NCBI GenBank assembly: GCA_964478385.1
Contig: CAYZIE010000003.1
Location: forward strand, 1 to 44,832
Direction of reading: 5' to 3'
DNA from: an uncultured Gammaproteobacteria bacterium
GTDB taxonomy: Bacteria > Patescibacteriota > Patescibacteriia > UBA1558 > GWA2-36-10
DNA: 44,832 nt
Of the stretch, positions 1 through 7,247 are shown in pieces. Each line of letters starts with the position of its first letter. The stretch's first letter is position 1. The position numbers and the translations under genes were made by a program. The notes below the pieces were generated by a model. The model had not been told where the DNA came from, did no database searches, and saw only the letters and a program-made list of their open reading frames with translations.

Positions 1-160
1 CCTTTCTAACAATCTACTAAAGATTGTATTAATTATTAATTATATGTTGCATGCACGCTTTATATCTTGACATTTTATCGTTTTTGTCTTACTCTCTAAA
101 AGAGGCTAACATTTTCCTTTTATTAGGAAAAGATGACCCTCGAAATCGCTTTTCTTTACA

Positions 161-186
161 AAAACCCGCTTATTGGCGGGTTTTTG
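161..186. terminator. bidirectional rho-independent terminator
   Basis: ACCCGC(164..169)-loop-GCGGGT(176..181) hairpin, A-run before and T-run after. Confidence 0.65.
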
Positions 187-423
187 TGTTTTATATATTT
201 TTTATATTTTGAGGTCTTAAAAATAAATCACATTTATTGATTTTTATAAATCTATTATTTGTAAATTTACTTGTCCTTTTTCTAAACATACAAATTGTTT
301 AATAATCGATTTGTAATTTACTTAATGACCTAAGAATATAATTGATCATCTTTTCCATCTGCATATTAACAAAGAAAAAAATACTGTCAAGAAAATTATA
401 CACAGCTTAGAATATAAAAATCT

Positions 424-453
424 TTGACAAAAAAATAAAAGTAATTATATAAT
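424..453 (+). promoter_or_regulatory. sigma70-like promoter TTGACA-18-TATAAT for ORF 503
   Basis: TTGACA 424..429, TATAAT 448..453, then AGGAGG 491..496 and ATG 503. Confidence 0.5.
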
Positions 454-502
454 AAAATGACATGGGTAGCACTTTAAAAACCCTAGACACAGGAGGTCTA
501 TT

Positions 503-763
503 ATGTGTATTACATTACACGGTCTTAATGGAAATTATTTTTTTATACTTTGCGGCGCTGATAATCTTTCTAACCCTTTTGCAGAAGAATTAAGTTATAA
601 TTTAAATTATAATTGTATTGATGAATATCAAAAAGAAGATGATGAGTTATCTGATGAAGAATACATTGTTATAAAAAAGAGACTAGCTAGTCTCTTTTTT
701 GATACTTTGGATTGTTATAAAAGGAGTAAATGTGGTATAATAAAGATATTAAAATTAATTTAA
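503..763 (+). CDS. small acidic hypothetical protein; probably the 5' part of a gene split by an insertion, with a new C-terminus read from the insert
   Basis: Consensus promoter and AGGAGG SD. The frame runs through the 37-bp repeat and then through a terminator hairpin (676..700). No family recognised. Confidence 0.4.
   Translation: MCITLHGLNGNYFFILCGADNLSNPFAEELSYNLNYNCIDEYQKEDDELSDEEYIVIKKRLASLFFDTLDCYKRSKCGIIKILKLI
632..668 (+). repeat. left copy of 37-bp perfect direct repeat
   Basis: aaagaagatgatgagttatctgatgaagaatacattg is identical to 3267..3303; flanking bases differ on both sides. Confidence 0.95.
675..700 (+). terminator. palindromic hairpin plus T-run immediately after the left repeat
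   Basis: AAAGAGACT-agct-AGTCTCTTT followed by TTTTTT. Confidence 0.55.
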
Positions 764-2310
764 ATGATATGAGGGAAGAAAATCAAAATTTGATTCCAGA
801 GAATCAAGTTCAAAATTTAGAAGAAACTACTCAAGAAGAAAATCAAGCGATAGTTTCACAGGAGGTTAGTGTAGATTCTCAAGAATTGAAGAGTAATAAA
901 AAGATAATTATAATTATTGCTACCATAGTATCTTTTATTATAATTATAACTAGCTTTTTTTTATGGCAAAAAGTAAGTATTGAAAAAATAGACAAAGTTT
1001 CAAATGAAGTACAATTAAAAAATATAGTTAATGAAGAAGAGTGGCAATTAAATAATGAAGAAACTAAGGAAGAAGAAATCTATATTTATAGCTTAGAAGA
1101 AATACAAGATTTTCCTGAAGTAAGTTTAGCGATGATTCTGCCATGTTATTTAAATAGCAATCTAGATTTATTAGAATATTTTACTGCTGAGCTTAAATTT
1201 TGGGGAGAGGATTCTTTAGGCGAAGAATTTTGTAGTCGTTTTGAACTTAGTCGAGAAGCTTCTCTTTATTTAGAGACAGCTATTAAAACTGATACAGATA
1301 ACGATGGTTTAAATGATCTTTTAGAATTAATGTATTATACAGATAAGACTAAGACAGATACAGATAATGACGGATATGATGATTTAACAGAAGTGGTCTC
1401 AATGAATGATCCAAATAATATTTTAACAGAACAAGATAATGTATTTATGATGTTAATTTCAGAGGAATTTGAAAAAAATGATCCAGATATTAACATTATA
1501 TCTTCTTCTTGTCTTTCTTTAAGTAGAAAGGGTCGTCAATTTGATTGTTTAGAACTTGCGGCTAGGCAAGGTGTAGTTACTGATTTAAGTTTTTGTGATG
1601 CTATTCAAGGTGTAAATACAGAATACTTAAAGAATAATTGCATTGATAATATTTTAAGAAAGCAAGCTAATGAATCAAATGATATAGATGAATGTTTGAA
1701 ATTACCTGGTGAAGAGGAAAAATTTTCTTGCTTAAATGACTTTATGATAAAAAATCACACATTAGAACCATGTGAAATAGCTGGTAAAGAAAAATTTACA
1801 ACTTGTATAAGTGCTTCATATCAAGATGTTTTTGCTGCATTAGATAGTAGCGATGATTGTTATAAATATAAAGACTGGTTTAAATTTGAGTCTGAGTTTA
1901 ATAGATGCTTAGAAGCTGTTGCTATAACAAAAAAAGACGCTTCTTTGTGTTTTGAAGAAGATATCTATAAACCAGATTGTATCAATCTAATAACCAGAGA
2001 AGCGGATATACCAAAACAATGTGCATATCATATTATAAATCCAGAAACCGTTGATCATGGAAGAACTTTAACAACAAATTCGTTTATTAAGTGTATAGAG
2101 ATAGCTAAAAAAGAAGCGAGTGAAGAAGAAATTAAAGATATTGCGGTCCAAGGGTGCTTAGAATTAGATATAAGTAAATCTCCAATGATAGAAGATCAAG
2201 CTATTTTTATGAAATCTTTTTGTATCTCAGATATAGCTAAATATTTTAATGATCCATTATTATGTGAATATGATGATCATAAAGATGCTTGTTTAGATAT
2301 TTATAACTAA
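730..2310 (+). CDS. membrane-anchored Cys-rich protein with two thrombospondin-type-3-like Ca-binding repeats
   Basis: 526 aa. One TM helix (IIIIIATIVSFIIIITSFFLW). Repeats DTDNDGLNDLLE and DTDNDGYDDLTE. About 18 Cys in recurring C-x(10-16)-C spacing in the C-terminal half. AAGGAG lies 3 nt before the ATG. Confidence 0.6.
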   Translation: MWYNKDIKINLNDMREENQNLIPENQVQNLEETTQEENQAIVSQEVSVDSQELKSNKKIIIIIATIVSFIIIITSFFLWQKVSIEKIDKVSNEVQLKNIVNEEEWQLNNEETKEEEIYIYSLEEIQDFPEVSLAMILPCYLNSNLDLLEYFTAELKFWGEDSLGEEFCSRFELSREASLYLETAIKTDTDNDGLNDLLELMYYTDKTKTDTDNDGYDDLTEVVSMNDPNNILTEQDNVFMMLISEEFEKNDPDINIISSSCLSLSRKGRQFDCLELAARQGVVTDLSFCDAIQGVNTEYLKNNCIDNILRKQANESNDIDECLKLPGEEEKFSCLNDFMIKNHTLEPCEIAGKEKFTTCISASYQDVFAALDSSDDCYKYKDWFKFESEFNRCLEAVAITKKDASLCFEEDIYKPDCINLITREADIPKQCAYHIINPETVDHGRTLTTNSFIKCIEIAKKEASEEEIKDIAVQGCLELDISKSPMIEDQAIFMKSFCISDIAKYFNDPLLCEYDDHKDACLDIYN

Positions 2311-2315
2311 ATTAT

Positions 2316-2753
2316 ATGGAAGAACAATCAAAAAAAGAAAGCCATGTAAATACGGATAATATTGGTCTTGGCAATGAGGGTATTAAGAAAAAAACTGTAA
2401 GTGACAGGCAGATTAAAAATTTATTTATTATATTTAATTTATTCTTACTTCCTCTTATCGCTGGTTCCGTGGGTATGCTAGGCCAGATATTATTTGGCAT
2501 ATATTCTTTAATTAGAGATGGCACAGCAGAACTTCAAATCTGGTTTATATTTTTATCACCAATGATTATAGCGTTTGCTACAGGAGTATTTATATTAACT
2601 AGGTATGTAAATAAAAGTATTTTAAGGTTTAAAAAAGACGGGGATAAAAAACATTTTATTAAGAGAATTATTGTTCCAATGATTTTGGTTTTAATAATTT
2701 ATTTAATATTTTTTATTCCTATAACTCTTCAAGAATTAGGCTTGCAATCTTAA
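2316..2753 (+). CDS. small integral membrane protein (3 predicted TM helices)
   Basis: 145 aa; starts 5 nt after the upstream stop; followed by a terminator; no family recognised. Confidence 0.5.
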   Translation: MEEQSKKESHVNTDNIGLGNEGIKKKTVSDRQIKNLFIIFNLFLLPLIAGSVGMLGQILFGIYSLIRDGTAELQIWFIFLSPMIIAFATGVFILTRYVNKSILRFKKDGDKKHFIKRIIVPMILVLIIYLIFFIPITLQELGLQS

Positions 2754-2767
2754 TTATATAAAATATT

Positions 2768-2798
2768 AACCCTGCACCGTGATGGTGCAGGGTTTTTT
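2768..2798. terminator. bidirectional rho-independent terminator
   Basis: CCCTGCACC(2770..2778)-gtgat-GGTGCAGGG(2784..2792), T6 at 2793..2798, A-rich on the other side. Confidence 0.8.
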
Positions 2799-2809
2799 AG
2801 TACTTGTGA

Positions 2810-3112
2810 TTATGAGTCTGGATGTATGTTCCAGACAACACCTCCCTGCATCATTCCAAATTCAATACAATGATTATGGGAGAACAAACTCCAACAATGA
2901 TGTGGCTTACCGTGATAAGCCAATGTAAGTGGGCTGCAGAAGGGATGGTCATATACGCTGATCTGAAACCAAGGCATATCATCGTAGTAGCCATGTGATA
3001 AAACCTTGCCTGTCATTACTTGTGGCCGTTTGAGCTTACCTTGTTGTATGTTTGGCCTTATGTCTACTGTGACAATGTCGCCGATTTTGGGAAGACTTTG
3101 TTGAGATGACAT
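2810..3112 (-). CDS. hypothetical His/Cys/Trp-rich 100-aa protein in a GC-elevated islet
   Basis: AGGAGG (complement of 3120..3125) 7 nt before the ATG. Two hand-counted 60-nt lines gave 40% and 45% GC. No family recognised. Confidence 0.55.
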   Translation of the reverse strand: MSSQQSLPKIGDIVTVDIRPNIQQGKLKRPQVMTGKVLSHGYYDDMPWFQISVYDHPFCSPLTLAYHGKPHHCWSLFSHNHCIEFGMMQGGVVWNIHPDS

Positions 3113-3245
3113 CGTTTCGCCTCCTGTTAAAGAACCTTTACTCTATTTCAGTTCACCACATCAGGCGATGTTCTGGAAGAAGTAGAGGATTTTTTAAAGA
3201 AATCCTCTGAAAACTTGTTGAAATGAGTCCCCGTTTACTTTGTGA

Positions 3246-3371
3246 CATAGGGACTCTGAAACTAGTAAAGAAGATGATGAGTTATCTGATGAAGAATACA
3301 TTGAATTATTACTCATTGAATATGAACTTGATAATGATTATTACGTAGAAAATCTTAAGTTAGAAAATTAA
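3246..3371 (+). pseudogene. orphan 3' fragment of the split acidic ORF (KEDDELSDEEYIELLLIEYELDNDYYVENLKLEN*)
   Basis: Same frame as ORF 503 through the right repeat. In-frame TGA at 3243..3245 and no start codon. Stop at 3369..3371. Confidence 0.45.
3267..3303 (+). repeat. right copy of 37-bp perfect direct repeat
   Basis: Identical to 632..668. Confidence 0.95.
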
Positions 3372-3420
3372 AAGAGGTTAAAAACACCAAGATAAAACAT
3401 ATGTAGCCTCCTGAATTACA

Positions 3421-3448
3421 AAACCACCAATATAATTGGTGGTTTTTT
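3421..3448. terminator. bidirectional terminator at the end of the gdh operon
   Basis: CCACCAAT-ata-ATTGGTGG hairpin with T6 on plus and TTTTG on minus. Confidence 0.75.
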
Positions 3449-3460
3449 ATTTTGTTTATC

Positions 3461-4678
3461 TTATTTACTTTTTTCTATTCTTTTTAATGCTGATATAAAT
3501 GCTGAGGTTCTTAAATCTGTTTTATATTTCTTTGATGTTTCTAAAATATCTTCCCAAGACTTAACCATTTTCTCTTTAAGTTTTTTATTAACCTCATCTT
3601 CACTCCAATAATCATCTTCTTTATTTTGTAACCACTCAAAATATGAAACAGTCACACCACCTGCATTAGCTAAAACATCAGGAATAATAATAACATTGTT
3701 TTCATATAATATTTCATCTGCTTTTGGTGTGGTTGGACCATTTGCTAATTCAATAATAATATTTGCTTTAATATTTTTAGCATTATCTTCTGTGATTTGG
3801 TTTTCTAAAGCTGCTGGAACCAAAACATCTACATCTAAGGTAAATAAATCTTCTTTGTTTATTTCTTCTGCGTTATCAAAACCAGATAAAGATTTATTTT
3901 CTTTTTTGTGTTCAATAACATTATCAATATTTAACCCTTCTTTATTGTATATACCTGTTTTAGAATCAGACACTGCTTCTACTTTGTATCCGGCATCGTA
4001 TAATAATTTAGCCATAACACTGCCAGCATTACCAAATCCTTGAATTGCTACACCTATATCATTACTATTTTTTCCCTCTTTTTTTATTATCTCCTCTAAA
4101 ATATAAAAACCACCCCTAGCAGTAGCAGTGTCTCTACCTTTAGAACCACCTTTGTCTAATGGCTTACCAGTAACAACGCCTAATTTTTCTTCCCCTGCTA
4201 ATTTAGAATACTCATCTGTCATCCAAGACATAATTTGAGCATTAGTATATACATCAGGGGCTGGTATATCTTTATTAGGACCAATATCTTCAAAAAATGC
4301 ATTAACCCAAGCTCTAGAAAGTTTTTCTATTTCATTATTACTTAAAGATTTTGGATCAACTATTACACCACCCTTACCACCACCCATTGCTATATCAACA
4401 ACAGCTGTTTTTATTGTCATCCAAAAAGACAAAGCCTTTACTTCGTTTAAATCAACATTAGGGTGAAAACGTATCCCTCCTTTATATGGACCTCTGATGC
4501 TATTATATTGAACACGGTATGCTTCAAATATCTTTAACTCTCCGTCATCCATTTTAATAGGTAAACTAGCTGTTATCGTTTTCTCAGGAACACTTAATCT
4601 AGTTAGTATATTTTTATCTAGATTCATAATTTGGGCAGCCTTTTCTAACTGCATCAATGCATTATCATATGGATTCAT
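3461..4678 (-). CDS. gdhA: glutamate dehydrogenase (Glu/Leu/Phe/Val dehydrogenase family)
   Basis: 405 aa; KGGIRFHP and GGGKGG catalytic region; C-terminal Rossmann motif GFGNAG. Confidence 0.93.
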   Translation of the reverse strand: MNPYDNALMQLEKAAQIMNLDKNILTRLSVPEKTITASLPIKMDDGELKIFEAYRVQYNSIRGPYKGGIRFHPNVDLNEVKALSFWMTIKTAVVDIAMGGGKGGVIVDPKSLSNNEIEKLSRAWVNAFFEDIGPNKDIPAPDVYTNAQIMSWMTDEYSKLAGEEKLGVVTGKPLDKGGSKGRDTATARGGFYILEEIIKKEGKNSNDIGVAIQGFGNAGSVMAKLLYDAGYKVEAVSDSKTGIYNKEGLNIDNVIEHKKENKSLSGFDNAEEINKEDLFTLDVDVLVPAALENQITEDNAKNIKANIIIELANGPTTPKADEILYENNVIIIPDVLANAGGVTVSYFEWLQNKEDDYWSEDEVNKKLKEKMVKSWEDILETSKKYKTDLRTSAFISALKRIEKSK

Positions 4679-4694
4679 ATTTTTTAGTTTAAAT

Positions 4695-5639
4695 TTATTT
4701 ATTCCAATCTGGTATTAAAGCTGGGGTTCCTTGTAAGTATTTATATGCTTGCAATGCTGCTTTAGCACCTTCACCAGCTGATATAATAACCTGTTTATAT
4801 GTTATCTCTGTAATATCTCCTGCTGCAAACAATCCTGGAGTTTTAGTTTCACAATCAGCGGTAATTTTTATTTCTTTACGATCTGTGATATCTACTAAAT
4901 TTTCTACCCAATCAGTTTTTGCTATATGACCTATTTCGATAAATACACCATTAACATTTATTTCCTTTTCTTCACCGTCTATTACTTTATATACTAAAGA
5001 TTCTACACCACTCTTACCTTTTATTTCTTTTACATTAGAGTTTAAAACTAATTCTATATTTTCTATATTATTAACTTGATCTATTAATACTTGTTCACCA
5101 GTAACCTTATCTCTTCTGTGTATTAAATATACTTTATTTGATTCTCTACTTAAATATTCTGCTGCATCTAAAGCTGAGTTACCACCACCAACAACAACCA
5201 CATCTTTGTTTTTATACAAAGGACCATCACATGTAGCGCAATAACTAACACCTTTTCCTGTTAATTCTTTTTCTCCTGGAACTTCTAAATTTCTAGGAGT
5301 TAAACCAAATGAAAGTATAACTGATTTAGCTTTTAATTCTTTTTCTTCTAATACCTTAACTGTAAAAGTATCATTATCTTTTTTAATATCAATAACCTCT
5401 GTAAACATAAATTCTGTTCCTGACTCTTGTGCTTGTTCTTGAAATTTCTGCATTAATTCTAAACCCCCAGTATGTTTAAAACCTGGATAATTTTCAATAT
5501 CATCAGTTAGTGAAGCTTGCCCACCTATATCCTTAGATATAACTAGTGTTTTTAAAGAACGACGAGTTGTATAAATAGCTGCTGTTAAACCGGATGGTCC
5601 AGCACCTACTATTATTACGTCATAAATCTCTTTGTTCAT
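4695..5639 (-). CDS. trxB: thioredoxin-disulfide reductase
   Basis: 314 aa; FAD motif VGAGPSG, redox-active CATCDG, NADPH motif GGGNSA. Confidence 0.95.
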   Translation of the reverse strand: MNKEIYDVIIVGAGPSGLTAAIYTTRRSLKTLVISKDIGGQASLTDDIENYPGFKHTGGLELMQKFQEQAQESGTEFMFTEVIDIKKDNDTFTVKVLEEKELKAKSVILSFGLTPRNLEVPGEKELTGKGVSYCATCDGPLYKNKDVVVVGGGNSALDAAEYLSRESNKVYLIHRRDKVTGEQVLIDQVNNIENIELVLNSNVKEIKGKSGVESLVYKVIDGEEKEINVNGVFIEIGHIAKTDWVENLVDITDRKEIKITADCETKTPGLFAAGDITEITYKQVIISAGEGAKAALQAYKYLQGTPALIPDWNK

Positions 5640-5643
5640 ATAA

Positions 5644-5967
5644 CTATTGTTTATTGTTTATTTTCTCTATTAAAGAATCCTTAGCTTGTAAACCAACCAT
5701 ATCCTCAACAACTTCTCCATCTTTAAATATTTTCAAGGTCGGAATACTCATAACTTGAAACATAGATGCTGTTTGTTGGTTTTCGTCAACGTTTAATTTA
5801 GCAATTTTTACATTTTCATTTCCTTCAAATTCTTTTGCAACATCTTCAATTACAGGTCCTTGCATTTTACAAGGCCCACACCAAGGTGCCCAAAAATCTA
5901 CTAATACAATTCCTTTAAACTCTTTAACCTCTTGATTAAAATTTTGATCATTTAATTCTAAGCTCAT
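5644..5967 (-). CDS. trxA: thioredoxin
   Basis: 107 aa; WCGPC active site. Confidence 0.95.
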   Translation of the reverse strand: MSLELNDQNFNQEVKEFKGIVLVDFWAPWCGPCKMQGPVIEDVAKEFEGNENVKIAKLNVDENQQTASMFQVMSIPTLKIFKDGEVVEDMVGLQAKDSLIEKINNKQ

Positions 5968-5989
5968 ATTGTTTTTTATTAATTATTAA

Positions 5990-6250
5990 TTAAGTTATTT
6001 TAAAAAAAATATTTATTAGTTTTTTTAATTCATTTTTACTATCTTTTTTCTTACCAAAACACCCATTAACCTTATCATTTACTAAAAGTTTTGTCACAGA
6101 ATCTAAAGAAGCTCTAGCAGCTAAAACTACTCTTACTATTTCTTCTACATCTCTTTTTTCATTATACATCTTTTCAATAGACCTAACCTGTCCTTCTATA
6201 CGGTGTAAATGGGATGTTATTTTTTCTGGATTACAAACTTTTTTATTCAT
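5990..6250 (-). CDS. CsoR/RcnR/FrmR-family (DUF156) transcriptional repressor, non-canonical ligand set
   Basis: Start moved from 6280 to ATG 6250 (MNKK...). The LHRIEGQVRSIEKM signature is present. First gene of the trx-gdh operon. Confidence 0.8.
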   Translation of the reverse strand: MNKKVCNPEKITSHLHRIEGQVRSIEKMYNEKRDVEEIVRVVLAARASLDSVTKLLVNDKVNGCFGKKKDSKNELKKLINIFFKIT

Positions 6251-6253
6251 ATT

Positions 6254-6274
6254 ATATACCCTATGAGGGTATAT
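6254..6274. promoter_or_regulatory. candidate operator: perfect 8-5-8 palindrome ATATACCC-tatga-GGGTATAT
   Basis: Overlaps the -10 and transcription-start region of the minus-strand promoter and ends 4 nt before the repressor ATG. It is GC-cored, as CsoR-family operators are. Confidence 0.6.
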
Positions 6275-6299
6275 TATCATATTAGTATTTCTATGTCAA
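6271..6299 (-). promoter_or_regulatory. promoter of the csoR-like/trxA/trxB/gdh operon (TTGACA-17-TAATAT)
   Basis: Complement of 6294..6299 is TTGACA; complement of 6271..6276 is TAATAT. Confidence 0.55.
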
Positions 6300-6313
6300 A
6301 TACTTATCAAACC

Positions 6314-6343
6314 TTGACAAATATAATAATATATTGTTATATT
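6314..6343 (+). promoter_or_regulatory. divergent promoter TTGACA-18-TATATT for ORF 6380
   Basis: TTGACA 6314..6319, TATATT 6338..6343, AAGGAG 6370..6375. Confidence 0.45.
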
Positions 6344-6379
6344 ATTTAGTTCTTTTAAAATCATAATATAAGGAGAAAA

Positions 6380-6853
6380 ATGATGCTAGAGAAAATAGCC
6401 TGGTTAATCCAGAAATCAAGAGAGGAAAAAGAGACAACAATAACAAAAACTCATGAGAATCTTTTTGATATAATCCGTGAAGAGTATGAGATTATAGACA
6501 ATGAGCCAATTCTTTATGATAAAAATGTCGGTTTGTTGCTTGTTGATACACAACGTGTATTAAGACTTCCTAAGGTATATTCAGAAGATGGTGTTTGCAC
6601 AAGAAGGTTTAATCAAACAATTATGCAGAGTAAAGCTACTCAAATTCTTGTTGATTTAATAAGGTCTTTGTATAATATTATTGATTCTACTGATGTTTTA
6701 AAAAATAAAACGCCAGAAGATCTAAAATATCGAATAAAGCTATGTTTTAAAGAGAGCGACGAAGCTCTTGGTGTTTTAAACAAAGAACCTGAGTTCTATC
6801 GAGAAAGAACAAGACATGTTGAATACCCTCAATTCTTAAACCGCTTAATTTAA
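6380..6853 (+). CDS. hypothetical 157-aa soluble protein
   Basis: Own promoter, AAGGAG SD and terminator. The second ATG (6383) is better spaced from the SD. No family recognised. Confidence 0.6.
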   Translation: MMLEKIAWLIQKSREEKETTITKTHENLFDIIREEYEIIDNEPILYDKNVGLLLVDTQRVLRLPKVYSEDGVCTRRFNQTIMQSKATQILVDLIRSLYNIIDSTDVLKNKTPEDLKYRIKLCFKESDEALGVLNKEPEFYRERTRHVEYPQFLNRLI

Positions 6854-6867
6854 TTAGGCGGTTTTTT
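6840..6867 (+). terminator. rho-independent terminator
   Basis: ACCGC...GGCGGT hairpin spanning the stop codon, then T6. Confidence 0.6.
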
Positions 6868-6881
6868 CTTTATTACACCTA

Positions 6882-6910
6882 TTGACAAAATAGATAAAAT
6901 ATGCTATTAT
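6882..6910 (+). promoter_or_regulatory. promoter TTGACA-17-TATTAT for ORF 6963
   Basis: TTGACA 6882..6887, TATTAT 6905..6910. Confidence 0.55.
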
Positions 6911-6962
6911 GTATATATTAGTAAGTTGCTAATACTGTTCATTGAAACAAAGGGAGGTTGTA

Positions 6963-7247
6963 ATGAATTGGTTACCGAGGTTCTTTCAAATAATCTTCAA
7001 AATACTTTTCTTTATCTTGTCTATCTGCTTAATTTGCGGTTTTCTTTACTGGGTTACTTTACCAAGTCATCCATACAAAGACATGGCAAGGCTCTGGGGA
7101 GTTATTGGAGGTGTTGCAGGGATATTTATAGTTTATACACTTATCCTTGGAACAGTAGGGCTTGAGTGGAAAAAAAAGACGACTACTAGGGTATACAACC
7201 CTATTTTCATCCTTCTGCTTATAGCTATTATAAAACTACTGTTTTAA
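6963..7247 (+). CDS. small membrane protein (about 3 TM helices), 94 aa
   Basis: Start moved to ATG 6963, 5 nt after GGGAGG (6952..6957). Hydrophobic helices. Terminator follows. Confidence 0.55.
   Translation: MNWLPRFFQIIFKILFFILSICLICGFLYWVTLPSHPYKDMARLWGVIGGVAGIFIVYTLILGTVGLEWKKKTTTRVYNPIFILLLIAIIKLLF

Noticed and set aside
133-240. 35-codon ORF (MTLEIAFLYKNPLIGG...) behind an AGGAAA SD-like sequence
   Set aside because: Its reading frame runs straight through the 161..186 terminator hairpin, so it is more likely non-coding.
2312-2524. 70-aa minus-strand ORF opposite ORF 2316
   Set aside because: It is antisense to a better-supported membrane-protein ORF and has no start signals.
2770-2798. 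Similarity of the two terminators 2770..2798 and 39404..39434 (A6-CCCTGC...CAGGGTT) as a mobile-element boundary
   Set aside because: The shared part is short and typical of GC-stemmed intrinsic terminators. Both also serve the upstream plus-strand host genes. It is kept only as supporting context for the shared-leader finding.
632-3303. Diversity-generating retroelement (template/variable repeat pair)
   Set aside because: The two copies are identical rather than differing at adenines. They are only 37 bp long, and no reverse transcriptase is present in the window.
3696-4043. 115-aa plus-strand ORF inside gdh. The same class covers 8025..8312, 8828..9025, 9260..9517, 19256..19471, 22315..22602, 23596..23793, 25266..25721, 26484..26780, 27646..28220, 29464..29679, 30030..30215, 32231..32473 and 42613..42930.
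   Set aside because: All are antisense to, or out of frame with, strongly supported conserved genes. They have low-complexity, Ile/Leu/Ser/Phe-rich translations typical of AT-rich shadow ORFs and no start signals.
6926-7165. 79-aa TTG-initiated ORF overlapping the 94-aa membrane-protein gene
   Set aside because: It is an alternative frame without an SD. The GGGAGG-ATG 6963 frame gives coherent TM helices and ends at the terminator.
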